From positions 736,001 to 800,000 of the forward strand of contig OZ219801.1 of NCBI GenBank assembly GCA_964291655.2: a DNA stretch of 64,000 nt, in the 5' to 3' direction. This DNA comes from Chloroflexota bacterium (lineage in GTDB: Bacteria > Chloroflexota > UBA11872 > VXOZ01). The stretch's first letter is position 1. Every line of letters begins with the position of its first letter. The translations under genes were made by a program, and so were the position numbers. This document shows, in pieces, positions 29,345 through 40,522 of the stretch. The notes below the pieces were generated by a model. That model was not told the DNA's origin, ran no database searches, and saw only the letters and a program-made list of their open reading frames with translations.

Positions 29345-30691
29345 TCAGTTCGCCACCGCCGCTGAACGCAATTCCGCCGCGTTTTGCTTCACCTTCACGA
29401 AGGCGTCGGCGATGTCGTCCATGTCCTCTTTCGTGCCCAGGAAGGCCGCCTGGCCGATCCAGAGGCTTTCCTCACGGCAGAGGCGTTCGGCCTCAGGGCA
29501 CTCAACCTGGCGGTAGTCCATCTCGCGGCCGTAGTAGTGGCTGGTGAGCGGGAAACCGCTGCGCAGCGCGCCGTGCAGCGCATCCTGGAAGAGCGGGTGC
29601 TTATGTAAAGGCCGCACGTAGCCGATGCTACACGGGATGCCTTCCGCGGCCACCGCCTTGGCGACGAGTTCGCGCGGCGCGCCTGCGAATTCTTCGGCGT
29701 TCATGAATTTGAAGAGAAAGATGTGAAGCGCGTTGCGCTTCACAAACGAATCGACCCGTACGTTCGCCAAACCCTCGATCTCGGCCAGACGCGAGGCGAG
29801 GTAGGTGGAATTCTCGTGTCGACGCGCCGCCCACCCATCTAAGTGACCAAGCTGAGAATGCAGGATCGCTCCCATGATCTCCGTCATGCGGTAATTCCAC
29901 GAGAGCACCGGAAACTGCGTGTCAATGGGATCGTTCAATTCGTCATCCTCAAGGTCCACGTGCGAACGCCAGAAGTCATGGGCGTAGACCGCGCGCTTGT
30001 AGATGTCCTCGTTGTTCGTCGTCACACAGCCACCTTCGCCGCTGGTGAGATTCTTGCCGGCTTGAAAGCTCCAACCGGCCGCGTCGCCCAGCGAGCCGAG
30101 CTTGCCCTGGGCATGCATGCCGCCGTGGGCGTGGGCGCAGTCCTCCAGCACCAGCAGACCGTGCTTGCGCGCGATGGCGTTGATGGCGTCCATATCGGCG
30201 GCCATTCCGCCAAAGTGCACCGCGAAGATGGCGCGGGTCTTCTCCGTGATGTGGTCTTCAATCAGAGCGGGATTCAGGTTGTAGGTCTCCGGATCGATGT
30301 CCACGAAGACCGGCACGGCGCCCACCTGCAGCGGCGCGCTGGCCGTCGCCATGAACGAGTACGGCGGCACAATAACCTCATCGCCAATCTCGACCCCGGC
30401 GGCACGCACTGCAACCTCGAGCGCTGCCGTGCCGCTGCTCACGCAGAGCCCGTATTCACAGTCGTGGTAGCGCGCAAACTGCTGCTCGAATTCTCCCGTA
30501 CGCGTGCCGCCGCGCCGCCGGTTCCAGCGAGCGCTGCGCAGTACGTCCGTCACCGCGTCAACCGTTGCATCGTCTACCAGCGGCCAACTGCCGAACGGTG
30601 TTTGGCGCAGCTTTTCGCCGCCATTTATCGCTAGCTTTGCCACGGGCTCTACTCCTCGCTCACTGCGTATTGAAGGGCCTTTAGTCGTCAT
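29345..30691 (-). CDS. DegT/DnrJ/EryC1/StrS PLP aminotransferase (true start probably GTG ~30643)
   Basis: SSGTAALE, EDCAHAHG, SFQAGKNLTSGEGG, NYRMTE. Confidence 0.93.
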   Translation of the reverse strand: MTTKGPSIRSERGVEPVAKLAINGGEKLRQTPFGSWPLVDDATVDAVTDVLRSARWNRRRGGTRTGEFEQQFARYHDCEYGLCVSSGTAALEVAVRAAGVEIGDEVIVPPYSFMATASAPLQVGAVPVFVDIDPETYNLNPALIEDHITEKTRAIFAVHFGGMAADMDAINAIARKHGLLVLEDCAHAHGGMHAQGKLGSLGDAAGWSFQAGKNLTSGEGGCVTTNNEDIYKRAVYAHDFWRSHVDLEDDELNDPIDTQFPVLSWNYRMTEIMGAILHSQLGHLDGWAARRHENSTYLASRLAEIEGLANVRVDSFVKRNALHIFLFKFMNAEEFAGAPRELVAKAVAAEGIPCSIGYVRPLHKHPLFQDALHGALRSGFPLTSHYYGREMDYRQVECPEAERLCREESLWIGQAAFLGTKEDMDDIADAFVKVKQNAAELRSAAVAN

Positions 30692-30917
30692 CAGTGTGGA
30701 CTATAATAGCATGGGTGGCACCAAGGCGAACCTGTCTTTAAAGCGCGGGGGCTAGTCCCCCGCCTCTTGGCTTGCAGCGCCAAGACTCTAAGGAAGGCCG
30801 CTCTACTCGTCCCTACGGCGCTACCAACTGTGCGGCAAACAACCTCCCGAGGCGCACGGGAGTGTAATCCGCAGTCTTGCAGCATAATCGTACCCGTCAA
30901 CGCAAAGGAACGAAGTA

Positions 30918-32057
30918 ATGAAAATCGTCGACATGCACGTCCGCACGTTTACCTACGTCTCCCGCATCGTGCGGGATGCCGAGGGTCACACCCATCCGGG
31001 GCCCGAGCACGAGGCCACCCAATCGCTCCTCACCGTGGTCACGGACGACGGCGCTACTGGCTACTGCTTTGGCGCGCCTAGTCCTGCCGTGTTGGAAAGC
31101 GTCATCAAGCCCGCCATCATTGGCGAAGACCCCATGTACCGCGAGCGCATCTGGAAGACCCTGCACCACTGGCAGCGCATGTCCCGCGACCTGACCGATC
31201 GCGCGCTCGGCGCGGTGGACTTGGCAATCTGGGACCTGGTGGGCCGCGCCTTGGGCCAGCCGGTTTACAAGCTGCTCGGCGCGACCCGCGACATGGTGCC
31301 CGCCTACGCCAGCACCATGTGCGGGGACGAGATCCCCGGCGGCCTCAGCACGCCGGAGGAGTACGGGGCGTTCGCGTTGCGGTGCAAGGAACGCGGCTAT
31401 CCGGCGTTCAAGCTGCATACCTGGATGCCGCCCATCGCCTGGGCGCCGGACCCGAAGATGGATGTAGCCGCCTGCGCCGCCGTGCGTGAGGCCGTGGGCG
31501 CTGACATGGACCTCATGCTCGATTGCTACCACTTCTACAGCCGCGCGGACGCGCTCTACATCGGCAGAGCGCTGGAAGAGCTCGGCTACTACTGGTTCGA
31601 GGAGCCCATGGATGAATTCAGCACCTCATCGTACATCTGGCTGGCCGACCAGCTCGACATTCCCGTGGTCGGCCCGGAGACCGCCGACGGCAAGCTGTAC
31701 ACCCGCGCCGAGTGGATCGCCCGCGGCGCGGCTGACATCAGCCGGGGCGGCGTGAGCGACGTGGGCGGCATTACGCCTCTCATGAAGGTCGTCCACCTCT
31801 GCGAGGCCTTCAGCGTGCAGATGGAGGTGCACGGCGGCGGGCCCGGCAATCTGCACGCCCTCTGCGCCATGAACTTCCCCGGCAAGTACTACGAGCGCGG
31901 CCTGCTGCATCCCCACATCGACTATGAGGAAGTTGAGCCCTGGCTAAACAGCAAGACCGACCCTATTGACGACACAGGCAACGTCCACGTCTCCCCAGCA
32001 CCCGGCCTCGGCTGGGATATCAATTGGGACTACATCGACGCGCACACGGTGGCGTAA
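30918..32057 (+). CDS. Mandelate racemase/muconate-lactonizing enzyme family (enolase superfamily)
   Basis: AVDLAIWDL…PVYKLLG, FKLH, WFEEP, EVHG, PGLG. Confidence 0.92.
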   Translation: MKIVDMHVRTFTYVSRIVRDAEGHTHPGPEHEATQSLLTVVTDDGATGYCFGAPSPAVLESVIKPAIIGEDPMYRERIWKTLHHWQRMSRDLTDRALGAVDLAIWDLVGRALGQPVYKLLGATRDMVPAYASTMCGDEIPGGLSTPEEYGAFALRCKERGYPAFKLHTWMPPIAWAPDPKMDVAACAAVREAVGADMDLMLDCYHFYSRADALYIGRALEELGYYWFEEPMDEFSTSSYIWLADQLDIPVVGPETADGKLYTRAEWIARGAADISRGGVSDVGGITPLMKVVHLCEAFSVQMEVHGGGPGNLHALCAMNFPGKYYERGLLHPHIDYEEVEPWLNSKTDPIDDTGNVHVSPAPGLGWDINWDYIDAHTVA

Positions 32058-32243
32058 CTGCACGGAATTCCAAGGCTCTCACTGATGAGGATAGAATTAC
32101 TTGCTTGTTCCTGCGAAGCTTCCGTTAGAGATTCTTACAACACCCTAGAGCGCGTGTCCGAGCGATAGGCTCCAAAACTCTTGACCATAGGCAAACCACG
32201 ACACGCCTATGGTGAACAATCGACTGAGAGAGCGCCCATTAGG

Positions 32244-35200
32244 TTAACCATCGCCCGGATCTGGCGTGGGTGTCGGCGTCGGTGTTGGTGTAGGGGTTGG
32301 TGTTGGGGTTGGGGTCGGTGTAGGTGTAGGCGTAGGTGTAGGCGTAGGCGTAGGCGTAGGTGTAGGCGTAGGTGTAGGCGTGGGCGTCGGTGTAGGCGTA
32401 GGCGTCGGTGTAGGCGTAGGCGTCGGTGTAGGCGTAGGCGTCGGTGTAGGCGTAGGCGTCGGTGTAGGCGTAGGCGTCGGTGTAGGCGTAGGCGTCGGTG
32501 TAGGCGTAGGCGTCGGTGTAGGCGTAGGCGTCGGTGTAGGCGTAGGCGTCGGTGTAGGCGTAGGCGTCGGTGTAGGCGTAGGCGTCGGGGCACTCGGACA
32601 CGTAAAGTTGTATGTGTTTGAACTGCCCCATTCCGACCATGCCGCCCGGTACGTTTCGCCATCGCCGTACGCTTTCATTCTTGCAAATGCAAGCAAGGTG
32701 TTGCCGGCTTTGCTCGGCCAACAAATCATGTGGAACGTAGCTGGCACCCTTCCCCCCGCCAGGTTGGTGAAGCCACCGCCACCGGTGGTATTTAACTCAG
32801 CTTTGGTGATCCCGCTCGGCAGTTGGTATGACCAACTGAGCTTGACTACGGGTTGCGTCGGCCAGTAGTCAAACAACGCATGCACGATGGAGTGACTAAG
32901 CCCTTGCACAACTGGCGCCGGGGGCAGTGGCAGTTCTTCTCCTGATGGCGTTGGCGTAGGCGTTGGTGTGAGCGTAGACGTCGGTGTAGGCGTTGTCCCC
33001 GGTACTAACGTGGGTGTGGGTGTTAGAGATGGAGTTGAGGTCGGCGTGGCGCGGACAGGGCAAGTTACGGAAATGGACCGCGTAGTTCCCGGGCCAAATT
33101 CAGGAAGATAAACTTCGGCATCGCCCTTTGCCGAAGCCGTGACCGTGTAGCTAAAACTCTGACCACTTTGGCTGGGTGAACAAACAGGCACACTATGGTT
33201 CGACGCTTTACTGCCCGTGCTCGATTGCCTTGACCAGGCTTCAGACAGGAGGTTGCCGCTAAACTTTATAGACTTGACCCCGTTAACATAAGTCAAAGAT
33301 GCAACGACAGTGATACCGTAGTCATCGTGACTCACATCCCTTGAGGAGCTTGACAGGGAGAGCGAAGGCGCTGGTGGGGCAGTCAAGAGCGGCTGCGATG
33401 GATCTCGCGGGCACAGAACGGTGACCCTGGCAGTTGGGCTCCACCCAGTCCATACGGACTGGTACTTTTCTCCATCACCAAGCGCATCAACACTTATGCC
33501 GAATTTCCTGATTTTGCCAGCTTCGCTGGGCAAGCACACCTCGATGCTCGTGGTAGGCGATTGTCCCGCTCTCCAGTAGATTACCCCACCGATGCCAGTA
33601 GTCTTTATTTGGGAGATTCCTGCCGGCCACGAATAGCTCCAACTGACCCTCACTGTAGGAAGGGTCGACCACGCCTCGTGGTTCGCTGCGATCACACTGT
33701 AGCCAATTGACGCCACAACATCCGGTGGGTTAGGCAATGCGCCAGGCACCGGGGTCGGTGTCGGCGTGGGTGTAGGTGTCGGCGTTCGAATCGGTGCATT
33801 CGGACAGGTGAATTGCGCAGAGGCACTTGGACCCCATGTAGACCATTCCGCCCGGTAATTTACTCCATCGCCGAATGTCTGCAATTGAATATTGGGTGTT
33901 CTCGACTGGCCGGCATGCCCCGGCTCGCAGAATCCAATTACATAGCTCGGCGTTTGTCCCGCAGACCAACTCGAGACATGATGTCCCCGAGACCTAACCT
34001 GGCTGACTCCGCTCGGCCACGAAAATGCGTACGTGACCAACATGGTTGGCCGCCCATCCCACGCGTTGTAGGCTTCTTCAATGAGTTGACTGCTCACGGA
34101 CCCTGAAATAACTGGCGGCAGCGTCAGATTCGGATTTGGCGTGGGCGTTAGTGTGGGTGTCCCTCCCGGAACCAACGTGGGTGTGGGTCTCGGCGTGACA
34201 TCCGGACGGCTCGGACATACTACTGCCAAAGTTTGATTCGAACTCCAGGCACCATAGTCGGACCGGTAGGTCACACCGTCGCCAAGTGCGCTCGCAACCA
34301 ATCGGAATGACTTCGTGGTACCGGCTTCGCTAGGAAGGCACACTACAAGGCTATCTGTGAAATCTCTTTCCGCTGTCGACTCGGACCATGCCCCGCTTTT
34401 GCCCTCGATGAAAAGGTACTTTATTTTGGTGACCGAATCCGGCCACAAGACACTCGCCTTAATCGAATAGACTCCAAGATTCGACCAAGACTGATAGTTC
34501 GCATCAATTATGCGAGCGCTAAGGGACAGCCACGGAGCAGGTGGGTAGGGCAGGATCGGAGTTGGCTCGGGCTCGAGAATAGGTAATGGCGGGAGGTTAC
34601 TTGTACACACCACAGCCTTGCCGGCACTCGAACTCCAGGGACCATAGTCGGCCCGGTAGGTCACACCATCGCTAAATGCCCGCGCAACCAATTGGAATGA
34701 CTTCGTGGTACCGCCTTCGCTCGGGAGACACACTGCAGTGCTCTTAGTAAACGAACGTCCCGCTGCCGAGGTAAATCTCCCCCCGCCCCCTTCGAAAATA
34801 TACTCTATCTTTGTTACAGAATCTGGCCAAACAACATTCGCATCAATTGACCAGTAAGGCCGATTCGAACTTGCATATAGATACTCATCAATTATCCAAG
34901 TGGTGATGGAAACCCACGGAGCCGGAGGCAACGGCAAGACATCCACCTTCGGGATTATCGGTGATGGCAAGGGCGCAATTGGAGGTGTGGAGGAAGCATT
35001 ACTGGGGCCGGGTACAGCGACTGGCTGAGGCGATGCTGTCCTATCACCTTCGGACGCAACGTAGTCCGCTTCCCAGGAAAACCGCTCTGTGTTTAGGCGC
35101 TGCTGCAGGCCGTTCGGGCCGTTGACCCACGTACGGTGCCCGTCGGTAAAGGCGGTAAAGTTGTCGGCTTTGCGCCAGACCAGAAGACCGCCGGTTGTAA

Positions 35201-35435
35201 GTTGCGTGCTGTCACCGTGTTCGCTGTAACTCTCGTTTACTAAACACTCACCCACGGCATCATGGCCGATGAGATCACGTAAGGTCTTGAACCCAAGTAC
35301 AATCTCGCAATCGCTAGCCGCAACCGACGAGAGAGTCAGGGTAGTAACGGCCAACCCTAACAAGAGTCCTAAAGTAGCGCGCCACACTCGTTCCCGCACC
35401 ACCCCAACCTCTCTTGCACACTCTTCCGGCTTCAA
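32244..35435 (-). CDS. Large secreted/surface protein: signal peptide, N-terminal domain, six two-Cys beta-repeat domains, (PT)n tail
   Basis: Hydrophobic leader ending VAA, six repeats of C.P…G.T..F…A.GDG..Y…W.W…C, and about 110 aa of PT at the C-terminus. Confidence 0.85.
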   Translation of the reverse strand: MKPEECAREVGVVRERVWRATLGLLLGLAVTTLTLSSVAASDCEIVLGFKTLRDLIGHDAVGECLVNESYSEHGDSTQLTTGGLLVWRKADNFTAFTDGHRTWVNGPNGLQQRLNTERFSWEADYVASEGDRTASPQPVAVPGPSNASSTPPIAPLPSPIIPKVDVLPLPPAPWVSITTWIIDEYLYASSNRPYWSIDANVVWPDSVTKIEYIFEGGGGRFTSAAGRSFTKSTAVCLPSEGGTTKSFQLVARAFSDGVTYRADYGPWSSSAGKAVVCTSNLPPLPILEPEPTPILPYPPAPWLSLSARIIDANYQSWSNLGVYSIKASVLWPDSVTKIKYLFIEGKSGAWSESTAERDFTDSLVVCLPSEAGTTKSFRLVASALGDGVTYRSDYGAWSSNQTLAVVCPSRPDVTPRPTPTLVPGGTPTLTPTPNPNLTLPPVISGSVSSQLIEEAYNAWDGRPTMLVTYAFSWPSGVSQVRSRGHHVSSWSAGQTPSYVIGFCEPGHAGQSRTPNIQLQTFGDGVNYRAEWSTWGPSASAQFTCPNAPIRTPTPTPTPTPTPVPGALPNPPDVVASIGYSVIAANHEAWSTLPTVRVSWSYSWPAGISQIKTTGIGGVIYWRAGQSPTTSIEVCLPSEAGKIRKFGISVDALGDGEKYQSVWTGWSPTARVTVLCPRDPSQPLLTAPPAPSLSLSSSSRDVSHDDYGITVVASLTYVNGVKSIKFSGNLLSEAWSRQSSTGSKASNHSVPVCSPSQSGQSFSYTVTASAKGDAEVYLPEFGPGTTRSISVTCPVRATPTSTPSLTPTPTLVPGTTPTPTSTLTPTPTPTPSGEELPLPPAPVVQGLSHSIVHALFDYWPTQPVVKLSWSYQLPSGITKAELNTTGGGGFTNLAGGRVPATFHMICWPSKAGNTLLAFARMKAYGDGETYRAAWSEWGSSNTYNFTCPSAPTPTPTPTPTPTPTPTPTPTPTPTPTPTPTPTPTPTPTPTPTPTPTPTPTPTPTPTPTPTPTPTPTPTPTPTPTPTPTPTPTPTPTPTPTPTPTPTPTPTPTPTPTPTPDPGDG
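32266..32590. repeat. Coding minisatellite (18-bp unit gcgtaggcgtcggtgtag) encoding poly(PT)
   Basis: About eleven near-perfect 18-bp units plus 6-bp variants. Confidence 0.95.
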
Positions 35436-35590
35436 TTAGCCCGAACGGTACAGATTCACTAGAGAGCTCTGTTGGTACATTCATATCATTCAATGGTGCG
35501 ATGCTAACACATACATTAAATGGAGTAAAGTTCAATCACGATATGTTGCTACCAATACGTTCTAAACATCCGCGATTAGGCCCTGGCTGG

Positions 35591-36604
35591 CTACCAGGAC
35601 GTGAGGTCGGCGTAGAGTTCTGACGGGATATGCACCACCTCGCCGGTGCGGGAGGACTCTTCGCACGCCAATGCTACGGCCACGATGTAGCGTCCCCAGA
35701 GGCCGTCGACAGGTGGGGGTGTATCGGTCTCGATGGAGTGAATGAGTCCGGCCAGCTCTAGCTCAAAAGAGTCTTTGCCGGAGACCGGCTGCTCGACGTA
35801 CCGTGTGCCCTCGCTGAGCCAGAGGCGGTCGTCGCGGGTGGCGACGCGCATGCGTGCCTGCGTGCCGATGATCTCCACCTCGTTGCGCTCCGGGCCCTCT
35901 TGCGGATAGCCGGTGTGGTGCAAGGTGGCGTGGGTGCCATTGGCGAAGTCCAGCCATGCGAGGCCGGTATCGTCGGTATTCTGACCGACCATGGGATTGC
36001 TCACCCACGCCCGCACGGCCATAATCGGGCTGCCGATGAGCCACGTGAGGCGATCGAGCATATGGACTCCGTTCATGTACCACATGCCGCCCCCGCCCTC
36101 GGCGCGGTTGAGAAACCACGGCGGGCGGAATGCCAGGTCAAACGTGCGGTACCAGGTATCGGTGGCAAAGACCACAGTGCCTAATCTTCCGTCTTCGATG
36201 AGTTGCCTCGCTGCCAGGCCGGCCGGCACGAAGTGTTCCGTATGCGCCACGAGCAGCTTGACACCGGCATTCTCGGCGGCGGCACTAATCGCGTCGCAGT
36301 CCGCCACCGTCATCGCCATGGGTTTTTCCAAAAAGACGTGCTTGCCGGCTTCACATGCCGCTACGGCGACCTCTGTATGCAGGTAGTGGGGCAGTCCGAT
36401 CATAACGATGTCAACGCGCGGGTCCGCGAGTAGCTCGGCATGACTGGCGTAAGCCGTACACGGCTTGTTGTGCGCGAACTGCTCGCGACGTTGTGCATCC
36501 GGCTCTGCAATCGCAACAAGCTGCGTCTCCGGCACTGCCGCAACTGCTGCCGCATGGCCGCCGCTCACTCGGCTTGCACCTATGATTCCTACTCCGTACG
36601 TCAT
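35591..36604 (-). CDS. Gfo/Idh/MocA family oxidoreductase
   Basis: VGIIGA, GKHVFLEKPMA, GGGMWYMNGVHMLD. Confidence 0.93.
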   Translation of the reverse strand: MTYGVGIIGASRVSGGHAAAVAAVPETQLVAIAEPDAQRREQFAHNKPCTAYASHAELLADPRVDIVMIGLPHYLHTEVAVAACEAGKHVFLEKPMAMTVADCDAISAAAENAGVKLLVAHTEHFVPAGLAARQLIEDGRLGTVVFATDTWYRTFDLAFRPPWFLNRAEGGGGMWYMNGVHMLDRLTWLIGSPIMAVRAWVSNPMVGQNTDDTGLAWLDFANGTHATLHHTGYPQEGPERNEVEIIGTQARMRVATRDDRLWLSEGTRYVEQPVSGKDSFELELAGLIHSIETDTPPPVDGLWGRYIVAVALACEESSRTGEVVHIPSELYADLTSW

Positions 36605-36864
36605 GAATACTGCTCCCAAATGACTAACAATTTTGCCTCAGTCCCTGTGATCACGTCCCATTCGCAATGCGCCTTGCTTGAGACGGTGTGCGCGTTACGT
36701 GCCAGGTGGCGGGGGACAAGCCCCCGCGCTACGGCTTGCCAGCAGGAATGAACCTAACACGCGGCAAGAAGAACAGTAGCCGAGCACAGGCCTGAGCCAC
36801 GCGCACCGCTTCAGAATAGCAAAAGAGGCCGGTTCCCGTTCTCAGGATCCGACCTCAAGTCTCA

Positions 36865-37299
36865 AGGGTTGATTGCAGAGTCCGTAAAGAACCGTTCGTG
36901 GTGAGCCTGTCGAACCGTTCGTGGTGAGCTTGTCGAACCGCTCGTGGTGAGCTTGTCGAACCGCTCGTGGTGAGCTTGTCGAACCATGAATGGTGAGCTT
37001 GTCGAACCGCTCGTGGTGAGCTTGTCGAACCATGAATGGTTTGCAAGACAGATCCGCAATACCTTTTACCCTTCGACAAGCTCAGGGCGAACGGAAGGAA
37101 CCTAATGGCGAACGGATTGAACCTCACGGCGAACTGATGAGACCTCACAGCGTATGGATGGAATCTCGCGGCGAACGGATGGGACCTAATGGCGAACGGA
37201 TTGAACCCCAGGGTGAACGGATGGAATACCAGAATGGACGAATGGGAACTCACGGCGAGCGGATGATACGGATTACAGCCCTCCGCCTGCAAACTCCCT
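36865..37299. mobile_element. Putative MITE with expanded REP-derived tandem arrays
   Basis: Imperfect TIR AGGGTTGATTGCAG / CTGCAAACTCCCT, TSD CTCA. Internal 23-bp x6 (gaaccgctcgtggtgagcttgtc) and 21-bp x~9 (ggcgaacggattgaacctcac) arrays. Confidence 0.6.
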
Positions 37300-37310
37300 C
37301 TCAGAATAGC

Positions 37311-37349
37311 AAAAGAGGCCGGTTCCCGAGCCCAGGAACCGGCCTCTTT
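37311..37349 (-). terminator. Intrinsic terminator downstream of tusA
   Basis: aaagaggccggttcc-N-ggaaccggcctcttt hairpin with a T-run on the minus strand. Confidence 0.8.
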
Positions 37350-37368
37350 ACGAACACCAATTGCGTGC

Positions 37369-37656
37369 CTACTCCGTTACGTTCAGCGCCGCGAGCTGCT
37401 CCTGCAGGTTGGCAAGAAGCTCCTGTGGCTTGGCTTCCTTTTCGGACTTCTTCAAGGTCAGCCGCCATTCCGAATCGGCGGCTCCCTCGATGCTCGTCTC
37501 ATAGCCGTTCTTCGCCGCTTCCCAGGGGATAGTGCCGAGCGCAGGCGCGTGGTCGGTGAGCACCTCCAGGGTCTCGTCACCGTCCAGCTTCTTCAACGCC
37601 TCAGCGGTCTTCATCATCGGATACGGGCAAATCTCGCCGCGCACGTCAATCTTCAT
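37369..37656 (-). CDS. TusA/SirA/YeeD family sulfurtransferase
   Basis: IDVRGEICPYP (CPxP) motif, LEVLTDH. Confidence 0.92.
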   Translation of the reverse strand: MKIDVRGEICPYPMMKTAEALKKLDGDETLEVLTDHAPALGTIPWEAAKNGYETSIEGAADSEWRLTLKKSEKEAKPQELLANLQEQLAALNVTE

Positions 37657-37876
37657 GGTTAACCGCTCCTGTCAAATGCGTTCATCTTCCTTAAGCCTTG
37701 TTCAAGCATTATCGTATCACACCGGCGAAACAGCACCCGGGAACCAGCGGGTGAATTGGGCTGCAATTTCCCTTTACCCCGCCCTCTCCCCATGGAGAGG
37801 GAGTTTACTATTCGATCAAGCCGCTGTGAATCTCAATCAAGCCGCTGTGCATCCCACGCTTCTTACCTGGGCCGCA

Positions 37877-39133
37877 CTACGGAATGCGCTTGATCACCTG
37901 CACGCCGAGGTACGCGCCCGGCAGCAACGAGAGACCGAATACCCAGCCGTTGAGCCCGAGAGACGGGATTGCCGAAAAGAACGCGCCGATGGTGCACCCA
38001 ATCGCGATACCGGCGCCATACCCCATGAAGGTGCCGCCGATAACTGACTGCACGTAGCGCCGCTTCACCGGCGGCACCCGCACCTTGAATTCATTGGCGA
38101 GGAGGGCTGCGACCAGCGCCCCGATAATGAGGCCGCCGTCCAGGAACAAGCCTTCACTCGTCCACCAAGAGCCCGTACCCAGAGTCAAGTTGCAGCCCGC
38201 GAGACCGTCCACACCGAGCAGCGCCGGCGCTTGAATGCGTAAGAGGCCGCTGGCTATGCGGTCCGACCAGGCGGAGAGCTCACCGGTCACGCCCAAGGGA
38301 CGGGAGTAGATGTAAATGAAGACGTTTACGACGGCCAGGGCGATAGCGCCAACCGCAATCGGCCAACCCTTGACGAACACCACGTCGTATACTTGCCGCA
38401 GCTTTGCTCCGAGACTCATTGGGGGCATTTCACTCTTGCCGCCGAGCGCGAAGTTCGGCATGGGGCCGGAACGGTACTCCCACCAGTAGCTCAGCAGCAC
38501 GATGCCGGCAAGCGCCAAGAGAGTCAGCGCCACCGCGCCGCCGTAGCCCAGCCACTTGGGCAAGAAGACCACCGGCATGTCGCTAATATGGTTCGTCCAC
38601 CACCAGTTCCAGGTGAGCGTAGAGAGATATAAGCCAGCCAGAATTCCCGCCAGCGATGCCCATGACGCCACGTAGCCCTCGCCGATGCGGTACATCGTGC
38701 CCGACACGCAGCCGCCGGCAATCACCATGCCGAAGCCAAAAGCCACGCCACCCACCACGAGGTGCAGTCCAATGGGAATAACGTGCGCGGCGGCGGGTAA
38801 GGCGCCAAATGACGGCTCCGGCACCATCATCTGCATGACCAGCCAGAACCCAATCGTGGCGACGCCAATCGCCACTGCCAGAGCTCGCATGGTGCTGGCG
38901 TCGCGCATGAGAAAGATGTCGCGGAAGCCGGAAGCAAAGCAAAGGCGACTGCGCTGGAGAATCGCCCCAAACGCCAGTCCAAACAGCCACATAACAGCTA
39001 AGGTGGAGTTCACTACGGCAAGGTACGCCAGGAAAATCACAACTGCCGCCACCACGGCGACGCGCGTAACGACACGACCTGAAAGGAGTTGCCCCTGTGC
39101 GCTCGTCTCTTGGGCTTCAACATTTGTGCTCAT
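37877..39133 (-). CDS. YeeE/YedE family sulfur (thiosulfate) transporter
   Basis: QRSRLCF, AGGCVSG and IGCTIG conserved Cys motifs. Confidence 0.92.
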   Translation of the reverse strand: MSTNVEAQETSAQGQLLSGRVVTRVAVVAAVVIFLAYLAVVNSTLAVMWLFGLAFGAILQRSRLCFASGFRDIFLMRDASTMRALAVAIGVATIGFWLVMQMMVPEPSFGALPAAAHVIPIGLHLVVGGVAFGFGMVIAGGCVSGTMYRIGEGYVASWASLAGILAGLYLSTLTWNWWWTNHISDMPVVFLPKWLGYGGAVALTLLALAGIVLLSYWWEYRSGPMPNFALGGKSEMPPMSLGAKLRQVYDVVFVKGWPIAVGAIALAVVNVFIYIYSRPLGVTGELSAWSDRIASGLLRIQAPALLGVDGLAGCNLTLGTGSWWTSEGLFLDGGLIIGALVAALLANEFKVRVPPVKRRYVQSVIGGTFMGYGAGIAIGCTIGAFFSAIPSLGLNGWVFGLSLLPGAYLGVQVIKRIP

Positions 39134-39521
39134 GGGTGTCTCTCACAGCCTAAAGGATTGCTGAAATTCCGTTTTCATCAATGCGCCTGCTGCACATGGT
39201 AGCACACGCACGCGGTTGTACATGTATGCGAAACTACATTACAAGACTATGATGACTTAGTTGGTTCGATTTATCAAGTATATAGTGTTCACTGTACTCC
39301 CATTGCTTGCCCTGCATGCATTTACGACCTTGTTATGTGAGGCAAGCTTGGACCCATGAAGCGAGACGGTGGTTGCTCCGCTGAAGCAGCTTAGGTGCAC
39401 CATTGCATCCGCTCCGGTTGACATAGTCTGACTGTTCCCGCTAGCGTGAATACGTCCCTCACAGCCAAAGCGGCGCGACCCGCAAGGCGCACGTAATGCC
39501 ACAAACCATGCTGAACACTGA

Positions 39522-40220
39522 ATGGCTAATTCGGCAAGTGCCAGTTTTCATCTCGACATGAACCGTTGGTCTAGAATCCCACAGGCACTCTGTCTCGTGC
39601 TCTTCCCGCTCAGCTTCTTGCTGCTGAGCAACACGACCCTGCATCCGGGGTTTGCCGGGACGCCGGCGGAGCAGATTCGGGGCTTGGCTGCAGATGCCGC
39701 GAGATGGCAATTGGTGCACGCCGGTCTGGCCGGAGGAAGCCTGCTGGGCTTAGGGGCCATCCTCACCCTCCGATCCCTGCTGCCTCGCCCGCGCATTGCC
39801 GCAAACGTCATCACGGCAATCGGCATAGTAGCGACCACATTGCTGACTGGAGTATTCATGCAAGAGGCAATGGTCGTGCCGGAGCTTGCGAAGGCGTGCG
39901 TGGATTCCGGCGAGGCCTGCCTCTCTCTTGCCAACCAAGCGTTTGTAGACCGTTTCACCGATCTTGCCCTGAACCGTGTGCCGCTCCTGTTCCAAGGCGG
40001 GGCAACTTTAATGGCGTCGATTTTCGCACTTGGCCTGGTGGGGCAGCGCGCGCGGGCGTTGGTCTTGAGGGAGTCGCTGCCGCTCATGGTGGGAGCGACG
40101 ATCGTTTTTCTCTATGGCCCAGGATTGCACGGCGTACCGCTGGGACTGCCCTTCATCGGGTTCCTCATCCTGCTGGCCGGATTTGGTTTGCTGTCGATCC
40201 GGCTCTTGCGAACACCATAG
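39522..40220 (+). CDS. Hypothetical membrane protein
   Basis: 232-aa ORF with about 6 TM segments; no family recognised. Confidence 0.6.
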   Translation: MANSASASFHLDMNRWSRIPQALCLVLFPLSFLLLSNTTLHPGFAGTPAEQIRGLAADAARWQLVHAGLAGGSLLGLGAILTLRSLLPRPRIAANVITAIGIVATTLLTGVFMQEAMVVPELAKACVDSGEACLSLANQAFVDRFTDLALNRVPLLFQGGATLMASIFALGLVGQRARALVLRESLPLMVGATIVFLYGPGLHGVPLGLPFIGFLILLAGFGLLSIRLLRTP

Positions 40221-40407
40221 AGAGAAATCTGTCTTGGAGTTCTCGTAGATTGAGTCTTTGAGCGAGGCACACTCCGCTGGTACAATAGGGAGACAGCAGA
40301 GTCCTCCAAGAGTTGCCCGTTCCGTGTGGCGGGTAAGTCCTATGGAAAAATGCCGCCCTTGCCTAACGATTGCTCGTTGGGATAGGGGCAATAGTTTGGG
40401 TCGATAG

Positions 40408-40484
40408 CGGGGTGTGGCGCAGCCTGGTAGCGCGCTTGAATGGGGTTCAAGAGGCCCCCGGTTCAAATCCGGGCACCCCGACCA
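40408..40484 (+). tRNA. tRNA-Pro (GGG)
   Basis: CGGGGTG acceptor / CACCCCG-ACCA, D-loop GCAGCCTGGTAGC, anticodon stem CTTGA-ATGGGGT-TCAAG, T-loop GGTTCAAATCC. Confidence 0.97.
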
Positions 40485-40522
40485 CATATAATTACTCTTC
40501 CCCTCTACGCATAGCCCTAGGC

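Noticed and set aside
32181-32868. ORFs encoding poly(RRRC), poly(GV), (YAYTDA)n and (LHRRLR)n
   Set aside because: Alternative frames of the PT-encoding minisatellite.
36890-37270. Possible CRISPR array (also 29099-29263, 62750-62930, 6700-7436)
   Set aside because: Units are directly tandem with no unique spacers, most derive from or sit within REP elements, and no cas genes are in the window.
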